From Synechococcales cyanobacterium VAR_4_metabat_354 (GTDB taxonomy: Bacteria; Cyanobacteriota; Cyanobacteriia; Cyanobacteriales; Chamaesiphonaceae), in contig JANOQI010000062.1 of NCBI GenBank assembly GCA_031414775.1, forward strand, positions 244,691 through 308,690: a DNA stretch of 64,000 nucleotides, in the 5' to 3' direction. The notes under the pieces are model-generated. The model had not been told where the DNA came from. It made no database searches and saw only the letters and a list, made by a program, of their open reading frames with translations. The translations under genes were made by a program, and so were the position numbers. This document shows, one piece after another, positions 23,908-32,654 of the stretch. Position 1 is the stretch's first letter; each line of letters begins with the position of its first letter.

Positions 23908-23947
23908 ACTTTTTCTCACTGACAGATGAAATTTATCACATTATTGT
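23908..23947 (+). promoter_or_regulatory. Putative promoter with the shared 17-bp element (HTH/exporter operon)
   Basis: ACTTTTTCTCACTGACA; CTGACA-N17-TATTGT. Confidence 0.6.
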
Positions 23948-24053
23948 TACTTCCATATTGCATCCTCATCCTTTTTGCTAGATGTACAATTCTAGCGGTT
24001 GTGTCGGGTGTGAGGGTAAATCATCATTTAAGTAAAAATAAAGTGTTGAAGAG

Positions 24054-24788
24054 ATGAATACAAGTTCTGAGGGACTCTACCTGACGCTATTTCAGCGTCA
24101 ACTGCTACAGGAGAACATCCAAAAAGATTTGCCCAGATCCTATCGGCAACGACTGGAAATAATATTGCTGACTGATAACGGCAAAACTCAAGCAGAAATC
24201 TGCCGCATGATTGGGTGTTGCACATCGACAGCTAGTCGTTGGATTCAGCTAACCAAAGCGGGCTTGGCTCATAACTATTTAGATTGTCCGGTGGGTCGCC
24301 CCAAAATTGTGACTGATGAATACATCGAACTACTGCGAGAGTTGCTCCAGCACAGTCCTAGAGATTATGGTTACCCTTTTAGAACTTGGACAGTGAGTTG
24401 GCTAGGTAAACATATCACCAAAGTAATGGGCATTGAAGTCAGTGAGAGCCACCTGAAGCGGGTGATGCGCGATTTAGGATTGTCTACTCGATTACCGAAA
24501 TCACAGCCAGAGAAGTATAAACAACCGGGAGCCAACATCTTTATTGCTGATTTACCCCAGACTGCTGATGTGCCCAGACTCATTTCTGGCGATCCAGCAA
24601 GATCTACTGATGGCGATAATCACAGATCCATCTGCGATGAACGAGCAGAAAGCGAATTATCAGAATCCAACTTGCGTCAAATTAGAACAGAGCACCAGAT
24701 TTATGGCTCAGCATCATCTTTCACAACTTATTTCTTCCCAGCAGCTCGAAGAGGTTTTTCATATTACGCTCACCCCTGCCGAGTATAA
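24054..24788 (+). CDS. Helix-turn-helix protein (IS630-like winged HTH, no DDE domain), putative regulator
   Basis: TQAEICRMIGCCTSTASRW, GRPKIV, SPRDYGYPF.TWT..WL; heads the exporter operon. Confidence 0.75.
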   Translation: MNTSSEGLYLTLFQRQLLQENIQKDLPRSYRQRLEIILLTDNGKTQAEICRMIGCCTSTASRWIQLTKAGLAHNYLDCPVGRPKIVTDEYIELLRELLQHSPRDYGYPFRTWTVSWLGKHITKVMGIEVSESHLKRVMRDLGLSTRLPKSQPEKYKQPGANIFIADLPQTADVPRLISGDPARSTDGDNHRSICDERAESELSESNLRQIRTEHQIYGSASSFTTYFFPAARRGFSYYAHPCRV

Positions 24789-27420
24789 AAATTGTCTGAA
24801 TAAAGCTCAGTTAATTAGTCCTGATGTGGGTCAATTGTGGACAGTGCCGGATATTCAAACCGGCTTGTATATTGTCCTGAGCGGCAAGATCCGGCTATTA
24901 GATCATGATGATGAAATGATCGCGGCGCTCACCGCCGGACAGTATTTTGGAGAGTATACTTTTTTTGCGGCAGAAAACTTAGCTGTGTATACAGCGAGAG
25001 CCGGAGTGAATGTGCAGCTCTGTTGGGTACCGCCGGAAGTTCTGACATCATTGATCGACAAATATCCAATTATTCGCCAACAGCTGTGGGAAACTGCCCA
25101 AAAACGTTGTGAGCCTGGTAGCTCAGTCCCAGCGCAGCGCGTTGTCAACTCATCAGTTTTACCTAATTTGCCAGTATTGGAGTTGCCACCCGATCGATCG
25201 AGTAAAAAAATTAGTAAAGCCTACTTCCCCAATCCCCAACAAAGGGTTGGACACCTGTGGCAAAGGGTTACTCGCCGTTATCCTTTTTATGCTCAGCAGA
25301 GCGCTTCCGATTGTGGGGCAGCCTGTTTGGTCATGGTTGCTCGTTATTGGGGCAAGAAATTCAGTGTGAATCGGCTGCGGGAAATTGCCCATGTCGATCG
25401 CAATGGATCATCGCTCAAAGGTTTATCGGTAGCAGCAGAAAGTGTTGGTTTTACCACTCGTCCGATTAAAATCAGTCTCGACAGGCTAGCTCAACAGCCC
25501 TTGCCCGCGATCGTTCATTGGGAAGGTAAACATTACATTGTGGTGTATGCGGTGACTGCTAAACAGGTAATCGTAGCCGACCCAGCGCTGGGTCAACGTG
25601 CTCTTGGTCATGCAGAATTCAAAAAAGATTGGACGGGTTATGCCCTCATATTGCAACCTACTGCTCTACTCAAGGAAGCGGCAGAAAGTTCGACACCGTT
25701 TTGGCAGTTCTTTGAACTCCTCAAGCCCCACAGTGTGGTGGTAATTGAGATTTTTGTGGCTTCTTTATTCATTCAAATCTTTGGTTTGATTACGCCCCTA
25801 TTTACCCAGCTGATTTTGGATCAAGTGGTGGTGCAAAAATCGGAGTTGACCCTTTTCACCGTGGGCTTGGGGCTATTTATTTTCAGTATGTTTCGAGTCG
25901 CAATGATGGGTTTGCGCCAGTACTTGCTCGATCACACAGCCAATAAGTTAGATTTAGCGTTAATAGTGGCCTTCATTCGGCACACTATGCGACTGCCCCT
26001 GGGCTTTTTTGAATCACGATATGTGGGCGATATCATGTCTCGTGTGCAAGAAAATCAGAAAATTCAACGGCTATTATCTGGTGAAGCTACTACTATTTTG
26101 TTGGATCTGCTCACCGTCTTTGTTTATGTGGGACTGATGTTTTGGTATAGCTGGCAAATGGCTTTGGTGTCGTTGTTGATTGTACCGCCGTTCTTATTGT
26201 TGCCAATTATTGCCACTCCTTTTTTACGACGAATTTCACGAGAAATTTTCAGTGCCTATGCTGAGGAAAATAGCTATTTAATCCAAGCTTTGACTGGGAT
26301 TAAAACCGTGAAATCCACGGCAGTAGAACAAAACGTGCGCTGGAATTGGGAAGAGTTGTTTCATAAGGCAATTAAGACCAACTTTTCTGGACAGGTTATT
26401 AGTAACCGCCTGCAAATTTTCAGCAATACGATCAATGCCACTATTACCAGTGCCATGCTGTGTTTTGGAGCCTATCAAGTTATTCATAACCAACTGACGA
26501 TCGGACAGCTAGTAGCTTTCAACATGTTGCTTGGTAACATCATTCAACCTTTTCAACGTTTGACGGTGCTATGGAATCAACTGCAAGAGGTCGTGATTGC
26601 GGTGGAAAGGATTAATGATGTATTAGATGCTGAACCAGAGGAAGATCTACAACTACAGGCTCGCCAAACTCTGCCACCAATGCGGGGGCATATTCGCTTT
26701 GACAATGTGACTTTTCGCTATCATCCAGAAGGTGATGAAAATGTCTTGGAAAATCTGTCCTTTGAAGTCCAACCGGGTCAGATGGTGGCTTTAATTGGTC
26801 GGAGTGGCTCGGGGAAAACTACTATTTCCAAGTTAGCTCTGGGACTCTATCCAGCTACGGATGGGCGGATTCTGGTGGATGGTTACGATCTAGCCAGCTT
26901 GTCGCTACGCTCCCTCCGGCAACAAACCGGGGTGGTAGATCAAGATACCTTTATGTTTGGGGGCACTATTCGGGAGAATATTAGCCTCAGTCATCCCGGT
27001 GCCCCTCAATCTGCTGTCATCGAAGCTGCTAATCTGGCTGGTGCTGATGAATTCATCCGCAAATTACCGATGGGCTACGAAACCCAAATCGGTGAAGGTG
27101 GAGGTCTATTATCAGGCGGTCAACGCCAACGAATCGCGATCGCTCGTGCCTTAATGGGCAATCCGCCATTATTGATTATGGATGAAGCCACTTCTCATCT
27201 AGACCCGGAATCGGAACGGATTATTCAGCAAAGTTTAAGCACTATTTTAAAAGGGCGAACCACGCTAGTGATTGCCCATCGCCTCTCCACCATTCGTCAT
27301 GCTGACCAAATTTTGGTGATCGATCGAGGCATTTTGGTGGAGCAAGGTAGCCATCACGAGCTAATGAGCAAACGTGGTCATTACTACTATTTTAATCAGC
27401 AACAATTAGAGCCAGCCTAA
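24703..27420 (+). CDS. Peptidase-containing ABC transporter (cNMP-C39-TMD-NBD)
   Basis: QQSASDCGAACL, HWEGKHYIVV, VADPA; GRSGSGKT, LSGGQRQR, DEATSHLD; ATG 24703 preferred over ORF start 24544. Confidence 0.93.
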   Translation: MAQHHLSQLISSQQLEEVFHITLTPAEYKNCLNKAQLISPDVGQLWTVPDIQTGLYIVLSGKIRLLDHDDEMIAALTAGQYFGEYTFFAAENLAVYTARAGVNVQLCWVPPEVLTSLIDKYPIIRQQLWETAQKRCEPGSSVPAQRVVNSSVLPNLPVLELPPDRSSKKISKAYFPNPQQRVGHLWQRVTRRYPFYAQQSASDCGAACLVMVARYWGKKFSVNRLREIAHVDRNGSSLKGLSVAAESVGFTTRPIKISLDRLAQQPLPAIVHWEGKHYIVVYAVTAKQVIVADPALGQRALGHAEFKKDWTGYALILQPTALLKEAAESSTPFWQFFELLKPHSVVVIEIFVASLFIQIFGLITPLFTQLILDQVVVQKSELTLFTVGLGLFIFSMFRVAMMGLRQYLLDHTANKLDLALIVAFIRHTMRLPLGFFESRYVGDIMSRVQENQKIQRLLSGEATTILLDLLTVFVYVGLMFWYSWQMALVSLLIVPPFLLLPIIATPFLRRISREIFSAYAEENSYLIQALTGIKTVKSTAVEQNVRWNWEELFHKAIKTNFSGQVISNRLQIFSNTINATITSAMLCFGAYQVIHNQLTIGQLVAFNMLLGNIIQPFQRLTVLWNQLQEVVIAVERINDVLDAEPEEDLQLQARQTLPPMRGHIRFDNVTFRYHPEGDENVLENLSFEVQPGQMVALIGRSGSGKTTISKLALGLYPATDGRILVDGYDLASLSLRSLRQQTGVVDQDTFMFGGTIRENISLSHPGAPQSAVIEAANLAGADEFIRKLPMGYETQIGEGGGLLSGGQRQRIAIARALMGNPPLLIMDEATSHLDPESERIIQQSLSTILKGRTTLVIAHRLSTIRHADQILVIDRGILVEQGSHHELMSKRGHYYYFNQQQLEPA

Positions 27421-27433
27421 GGAAGGAATAGCC

Positions 27434-29125
27434 ATGTCTGATGCATTTTTTAATGGTCATCAAGTAGTCGATCGATCAATACCAGCAGAACCAGCCGAGA
27501 GCAATCAGCCCACCGCAGAAGACCCGCCACCAGCAATCGTTGAGGTGGTGGCTGACGATTGGTCAGACACTGCCAAAGAGGCGATGGAATCCTTGCCCCA
27601 AGTTTGGACACGGGGTTTACTCTATTTTTTGGTGATTTTTACCAGTATCATTCTGCCTTGGGTAATGTTATCAAAAGTGGATGAAACAGGTGCCGGACGA
27701 GGTCGAATTGAAACTAAGGGATCCTCTAATCGACTAGAAGCTGCCACTTCTGGGGCAGTGGTTGCGGTGCGGGTGCAAGAAGGCCAGTCGGTCAAGCAGG
27801 GACAGATTTTGTTAGAGCTAGAATCCGATGCCGTACGAGCCGAGCTTCAGCAAGCTAAAACCAAACTAGAAGGACAGATGAATCGGTTCTCGCAATTTGC
27901 CATTGCCAAGAATCAGGTAACGATTGCGATCGCTACTCAGCAGCAACAAAATAAAGCCCAATCAGTTGAAAAACTGGCGCAAGCGGAACAAGCCCAGCAA
28001 AGTTTGGCAGACAAGCAATCGAATGCTCCGTTGTCGGCCAATCTCAAGCTGACTCAAATAGACCAAGCTGGTAAGACCCTCAAGGATAGTAAAACCAACT
28101 TACTAATTCAACAAACCGAAAAAGCCGCCCAACTACGTCAAGCGCGTCAAAAATTAGCGGCGGCTCAAACCGCTTTAATTATCACAACTAGCAAACATGA
28201 ACAGAACCTGAAAGAAGTCCAACGCTATCAAGATCTAGCCGCAGAGGGTGGTATTCCAGAAGTGAAATTGGTAGAGATTAAAGGCATTGCTAAAGAGAGT
28301 GAACGTTTGGTGGCGCAGGCTAATGCGGAAGTGCAATTAGCGGCGACGGGGATTAAGGAACAAGAGGGTAACTACAATAAGGTGATTCACCAGCTGCAAG
28401 CGGATATTCGGCAAGCGGAATCGAAAACCCAGGAACAAGATCGGGAATATCGACAAATTAAAGAAAAACAAAAATGGGAGATTCGGCAGGCCGAATCACG
28501 GTTAAAGGAGCAGCAGGGAAATCGGGCTAGTTTGACGGAAGGGGGCAAGCTGGCGATTTTGAAAAGTGAAGAACAACTGAAAGATTTACAAACACAGATT
28601 AGTACTTTGAATACGGAAGCGGCACAGACGCGGCAGCAAATTGCCGAGTTAGAGCGGCAACTAGCACAAAAAGTAGTCAGGGCACCGGTGAGTGGAACTG
28701 TTTTGCAGTTGCCGTTTAAGCAACCGAAGTCTTTTGTGCAGACCGGCCAGTTAGTGGCACAGATTGCACCCCAGGGAGCTAGCACAATTCTGAAGGTGCA
28801 GATGCCGAGCCAGAGCACGGGGTTTTTGCGGGTGGGAATGCCGGTAAAGGTGAAGTTTGATGCTTACCCTTTCCAAGATTATGGGGTGGTGGAAGGTAAA
28901 GTGCAGTGGGTGTCCCCGGATTCTAAATTGGTGGAGGTGGGGACTGGCAAAATTGAGGCTTTTGAGGTGAATGTGGTGTTGGATAGAGATTATATCCAGT
29001 CACAGGGCAAGAAAATTGCTTTGACTTTGGGGCAGACAGGCACAGCGGAGGTGATTGTGCGGCAGCGACAGACGATCGATCTAATTCTTGATCCATTTAA
29101 GAAGTTGCAGCAGGGTGGGAAGTAA
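27434..29125 (+). CDS. HlyD family membrane fusion protein
   Basis: N-terminal TM, long coiled coil, VRAPVSGTV, KFDAYPFQDYG. Confidence 0.92.
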   Translation: MSDAFFNGHQVVDRSIPAEPAESNQPTAEDPPPAIVEVVADDWSDTAKEAMESLPQVWTRGLLYFLVIFTSIILPWVMLSKVDETGAGRGRIETKGSSNRLEAATSGAVVAVRVQEGQSVKQGQILLELESDAVRAELQQAKTKLEGQMNRFSQFAIAKNQVTIAIATQQQQNKAQSVEKLAQAEQAQQSLADKQSNAPLSANLKLTQIDQAGKTLKDSKTNLLIQQTEKAAQLRQARQKLAAAQTALIITTSKHEQNLKEVQRYQDLAAEGGIPEVKLVEIKGIAKESERLVAQANAEVQLAATGIKEQEGNYNKVIHQLQADIRQAESKTQEQDREYRQIKEKQKWEIRQAESRLKEQQGNRASLTEGGKLAILKSEEQLKDLQTQISTLNTEAAQTRQQIAELERQLAQKVVRAPVSGTVLQLPFKQPKSFVQTGQLVAQIAPQGASTILKVQMPSQSTGFLRVGMPVKVKFDAYPFQDYGVVEGKVQWVSPDSKLVEVGTGKIEAFEVNVVLDRDYIQSQGKKIALTLGQTGTAEVIVRQRQTIDLILDPFKKLQQGGK

Positions 29126-29176
29126 GTGCTGTCACATCTAGCTAATTGAATTAAACAAACCCAGGGACAATTTACG

Positions 29177-29914
29177 ATGACTATTAATACTGAAATTAGC
29201 AATGAAGATATTCTGGAGCAACTTAAGCTATCTTGCCGAATCCCAGAAATTACTGAACAGATTGTGGTGAGACGGATTATTCAGGAGGAGGCAGAAAAAG
29301 CCGAGATTAAGTTAGAGGTTAGTGAATTACAAGCGGCAGCGGATGATTTTCGAGCTAGGAATGGATTGACGAGTGCGAAGAGTACTCAAATGTGGTTGAG
29401 TATGAATCAACTTTCGCTAGATGAGTTTGAAAATATTGTGCGGTTGGAGCTGCTCGGCAACAAGCTCAAGGATGTGGTGCTTGCTGATCAGGTGGAAAAA
29501 TATTTTTATCAACATCAGTTGGAGTTCGATCGGGTGGCCTTGTCTGAGGTGATTTTAGAAAATAAGGAATTGGCGATGGAGTTGTACTATGCGGTGCGGG
29601 AGGGAGAGATAAGATTCCAAGATATTGCTGGTCAATATATTAAGGATGTGGATCTGCGCCGGAAGGGGGGATATTTAGGAGAAAGGCAGCGTAAAGATCT
29701 AAGTCCCGAGATGTTTTCGGTATTCTCGGTGGCAAATACACCGCAAATAATAAAGCCGATCGCCAGTGCTCAGGGATTTCGTTTGTTGTGGGTGGAGGAA
29801 GTTATTAAGGCGGAATTGGATGAAAAGATGTATGGAGAAATTAGGAACCAGCTTTTTGTGGAATATTTACGAAATAAGATCAAGGAATATAGTCAATCTC
29901 AGCCTCAATGGTAA
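29177..29914 (+). CDS. PpiC-type peptidylprolyl isomerase / export chaperone
   Basis: ELQAAADDFR, GGYLG...R.DL.PE; follows PCAT-HlyD. Confidence 0.8.
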   Translation: MTINTEISNEDILEQLKLSCRIPEITEQIVVRRIIQEEAEKAEIKLEVSELQAAADDFRARNGLTSAKSTQMWLSMNQLSLDEFENIVRLELLGNKLKDVVLADQVEKYFYQHQLEFDRVALSEVILENKELAMELYYAVREGEIRFQDIAGQYIKDVDLRRKGGYLGERQRKDLSPEMFSVFSVANTPQIIKPIASAQGFRLLWVEEVIKAELDEKMYGEIRNQLFVEYLRNKIKEYSQSQPQW

Positions 29915-30143
29915 AAGTGTAAATCTTTGAACAACTGTATCTGATTGTTGGAAGGTAGACAGACTCAAGCAGTTCGATCGCTATTGAGTGAGTTGTTAGT
30001 GAGTTGTTAGTGAGTGACAGGCTTATTATCCGTCCAGAAACAGAACTGGATTTGGAGTTGGTTTAGGTTCTAAATTTGTGAGGGCGATCGATAGTTGCAT
30101 CTCGGGAATCGGGCGTAATCCAATGACTTACGGCACTATCTAC

Positions 30144-30174
30144 AAAAAAGCCCGTCTGTTTGGATGAGCTTTTT
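30144..30174 (-). terminator. Terminator-like hairpin after precursor P1
   Basis: AAAAAGCCCGTCT-gtt-TGGATGAGCTTTTT; related hairpins at 30610, 31207, 31686, 32213. Confidence 0.6.
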
Positions 30175-30207
30175 AAGACAATTAGGTTGATAATGATTGT
30201 TACGTCG

Positions 30208-30423
30208 TTAGTCGTCGCCAGGTTTCATTAAGCCGTCACGATCATATGGTGGTTCTGGATCTGGGAAAAATATATTGATAATTGCCCTACCTGCCGCAAC
30301 AATTCTGTCTACTATTCCTCCTCCTAAAATATTTTCAGCATCATCAGTGATGTCTATCAGGAAACTCTCTGAGTTGTTGAATGAATCAGAACCAGAAAGG
30401 TTGTTGATATTAATGTTAGCCAT
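30208..30423 (-). CDS. Double-glycine precursor peptide P1 (core lacks Ser/Thr/Cys)
   Basis: 35-aa leader MANININNLSGSDSFNNSESFLIDITDDAENILGG shared with four paralogs. Confidence 0.85.
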   Translation of the reverse strand: MANININNLSGSDSFNNSESFLIDITDDAENILGGGIVDRIVAAGRAIINIFFPDPEPPYDRDGLMKPGDD

Positions 30424-30803
30424 TCGATCGAACCTCTAAATTTATATTGTTTATTTTGAGGATAAAATTTAGCCCGTAATACAATGTAATCTCTGAGCTT
30501 AATTATGTCTATGGTTTTCGTTAAATTATAGGGTGCATAATTAGTGCATTTTTAATTCGTTTAAAAAGATATGTATTTTTTATTTTTTCATAGTTATTTA
30601 AAATAAGAGAATAGCCCATCTATCTAGATGAGCTATTTAAGTTAAGTGAATTGAGAATTATTGCTACTTTATGTCTTTGGGCAAGTACTTATTCTACTTT
30701 AAAGTTAGTGGGTCAGTTTAGCGGTAATGGCGGGGGACGCTGTCCACTTAATGGGTGATAAAGTTGCAAAACCTTATGATGTAAAGCTGTCGGCTTCAAT
30801 ATA

Positions 30804-31031
30804 TTAACTACATGGGACGACCTTACCATCACTACTACAGACTGGTGGACCTACAACAAGGTCTCGAGAGCCGAAAAGTGTCTTGATTAATTTAACAGAT
30901 GCATCAACAATCGTTTCGACTATTCCTCCTCCTAAAACATCTTCAGCATCATCAGTGATGTCTATTATGTAGCTCTCTGAGTTCTTGAATGAATCAGAAC
31001 CAGAAAGGCTATTGATGTTAATGTTAGCCAT
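30804..31031 (-). CDS. Double-glycine precursor peptide P2
   Basis: Same 35-aa leader family; core has 5 Ser, 2 Thr, 2 Cys. Confidence 0.85.
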   Translation of the reverse strand: MANININSLSGSDSFKNSESYIIDITDDAEDVLGGGIVETIVDASVKLIKTLFGSRDLVVGPPVCSSDGKVVPCS

Positions 31032-31328
31032 TTGATCGAACCTCTAAAATTTGTATTGTTTATTTTGGGGATAAAATTCAGCCTGTAATACAATGTAACT
31101 TCTGAGCTTAGCTATGTCTATCTTTTTCATTAAATTATATGGTGCATAATTGCTATATTTTTGATTCTTTTTAAATAAAGATAAGAATTTTCTTGTTCAT
31201 AATAATAAAAAAGCCCGTCTATTCAGATAGGCTTTTTAGGCAAGTAGGTTAATAACTATTATCGGTAGACAGTGCCCACTCTACTTTGAAGCTTAAATTA
31301 CAAATAAGTCTACTAATCAAAGTTTAGA

Positions 31329-31493
31329 TTAATAAGCTTTATTAGGCCATAGTAATAGAATAGCTCCAATTACAAGTGCTGGCGTGAGTCCTCCTTTTAC
31401 TGTAAGCTCTTCTTCTGATAAATTACTCATGAAACTTTCTGAATCATTAAATAAATCAGAGCCGGAAATATTATCAATTTTAATGTTAGCCAT
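31329..31493 (-). CDS. Double-glycine precursor peptide P3 (short hydrophobic core)
   Basis: ATG 31493: MANIKIDNISGSDLFNDSESFMSNLSEEELTVKGG|LTPALVIGAILLLWPNKAY. Confidence 0.85.
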   Translation of the reverse strand: MANIKIDNISGSDLFNDSESFMSNLSEEELTVKGGLTPALVIGAILLLWPNKAY

Positions 31494-31830
31494 TTGACTG
31501 AACCTCTGGGGTATATATTGTCTAATTTTCAATAGAATCAATCTGTTTCGATTCATCAGTACAATATAAACTCTGAACTTAATCGTGTCTATATTATTTG
31601 ATAAATTGCAGAGTGTATAATTCATGTATTTTTGATACGTTAATAAATGCATTTATTCTTCAGTAATTTTATTGTTTTAAACAACAAAATAACCCATGCA
31701 GATAGGCTGTTTCATCAAGTAAGTTGATAATCATCATTACTGTGAGTTTTATCTGTAGACATTGTCCACCCTAATTTAAAGTTCAACTTAAATACAGCCA
31801 GTAATAAATTACTACTGGCTATATTCACTA

Positions 31831-32034
31831 CTATACCGCGTAGATAATAATTACAGTTCCACTGCCAACGGCACCAGTATTGTAACAAGTCGGCCGTAAA
31901 CAACCTACGATGATGTCTGAATTTTTAGCTCCACCCATCACTTGTTCACTTTCATCGCTTAACTCCATCATAAAGCTTTCTGAATCAGAAAATAAGTCAT
32001 TTCCAGAAAGATTGCTAATTTTAATGTCAGCCAT
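31831..32034 (-). CDS. Double-glycine precursor peptide P4
   Basis: ATG 32034: MADIKISNLSGNDLFSDSESFMMELSDESEQVMGG|AKNSDIIVGCLRPTCYNTGAVGSGTVIIIYAV. Confidence 0.85.
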   Translation of the reverse strand: MADIKISNLSGNDLFSDSESFMMELSDESEQVMGGAKNSDIIVGCLRPTCYNTGAVGSGTVIIIYAV

Positions 32035-32270
32035 TTTATTTACTTCCTTTGTGTGTATGTTAGTTATGAATGGATAGGAGAGGAATATATTTCTCAATCC
32101 ATAAATACAATATAAATCACTGTCTTTCAGATATCTACTTATTATAAATTTTATATGCTAGATAATTAACACATTTTTAATCTCTATTAGCTACTAATTA
32201 ATTCAATAAAACAGCTCATCTTTAAAGATGAGCTAATAAGCTATAAACAGCTATTAAATATTAGATACTG

Positions 32271-32498
32271 TTATTTAGGACGAACAGTAACATATCCACA
32301 ACCAATATTAGTGACTACACAAGCAACAACAGTAACATATCCACAGGTATTGACTTCACAGTTGGTTTTAGTATTACGACAAGTAATCACCGCGCCGCCG
32401 ATTACAGCGACTGAATCATCACTGATTTCAGATATGAAACTTTCAGCATCATCGAATAAATTAGAACCAGATAGATTGATAATTTTAATATCAGCCAT
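32271..32498 (-). CDS. Double-glycine precursor peptide P5 (lanthipeptide-like core)
   Basis: Core AVITCRNTKTNCEVNTCGYVTVVACVVTNIGCGYVTVRPK: 7 Thr, 5 Cys. Confidence 0.88.
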   Translation of the reverse strand: MADIKIINLSGSNLFDDAESFISEISDDSVAVIGGAVITCRNTKTNCEVNTCGYVTVVACVVTNIGCGYVTVRPK

Positions 32499-32654
32499 TT
32501 TGTTTATTTCCTTTATGTAAATATTAGTTATGGATTAATATTTCACATCCATGAACACAATCATGAATCAACACTTTTCAAAAATCCATACCTTCCTGGA
32601 ATTTATTCGATGGATAATTTATATAATTTTGATCCGTTTCATCGTAAATTTACC

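Noticed and set aside
24054..24788. Active IS630 element
   Set aside because: No DDE catalytic domain and no terminal inverted repeats seen
29988..30016. Short tandem repeat GTGAGTTGTTA x2
   Set aside because: Too short and low-copy to interpret
30144..32640. CRISPR-like or DGR-like repeat array
   Set aside because: Repeats are degenerate, about 500 bp apart and explained by precursor gene duplication; no cas or reverse transcriptase genes
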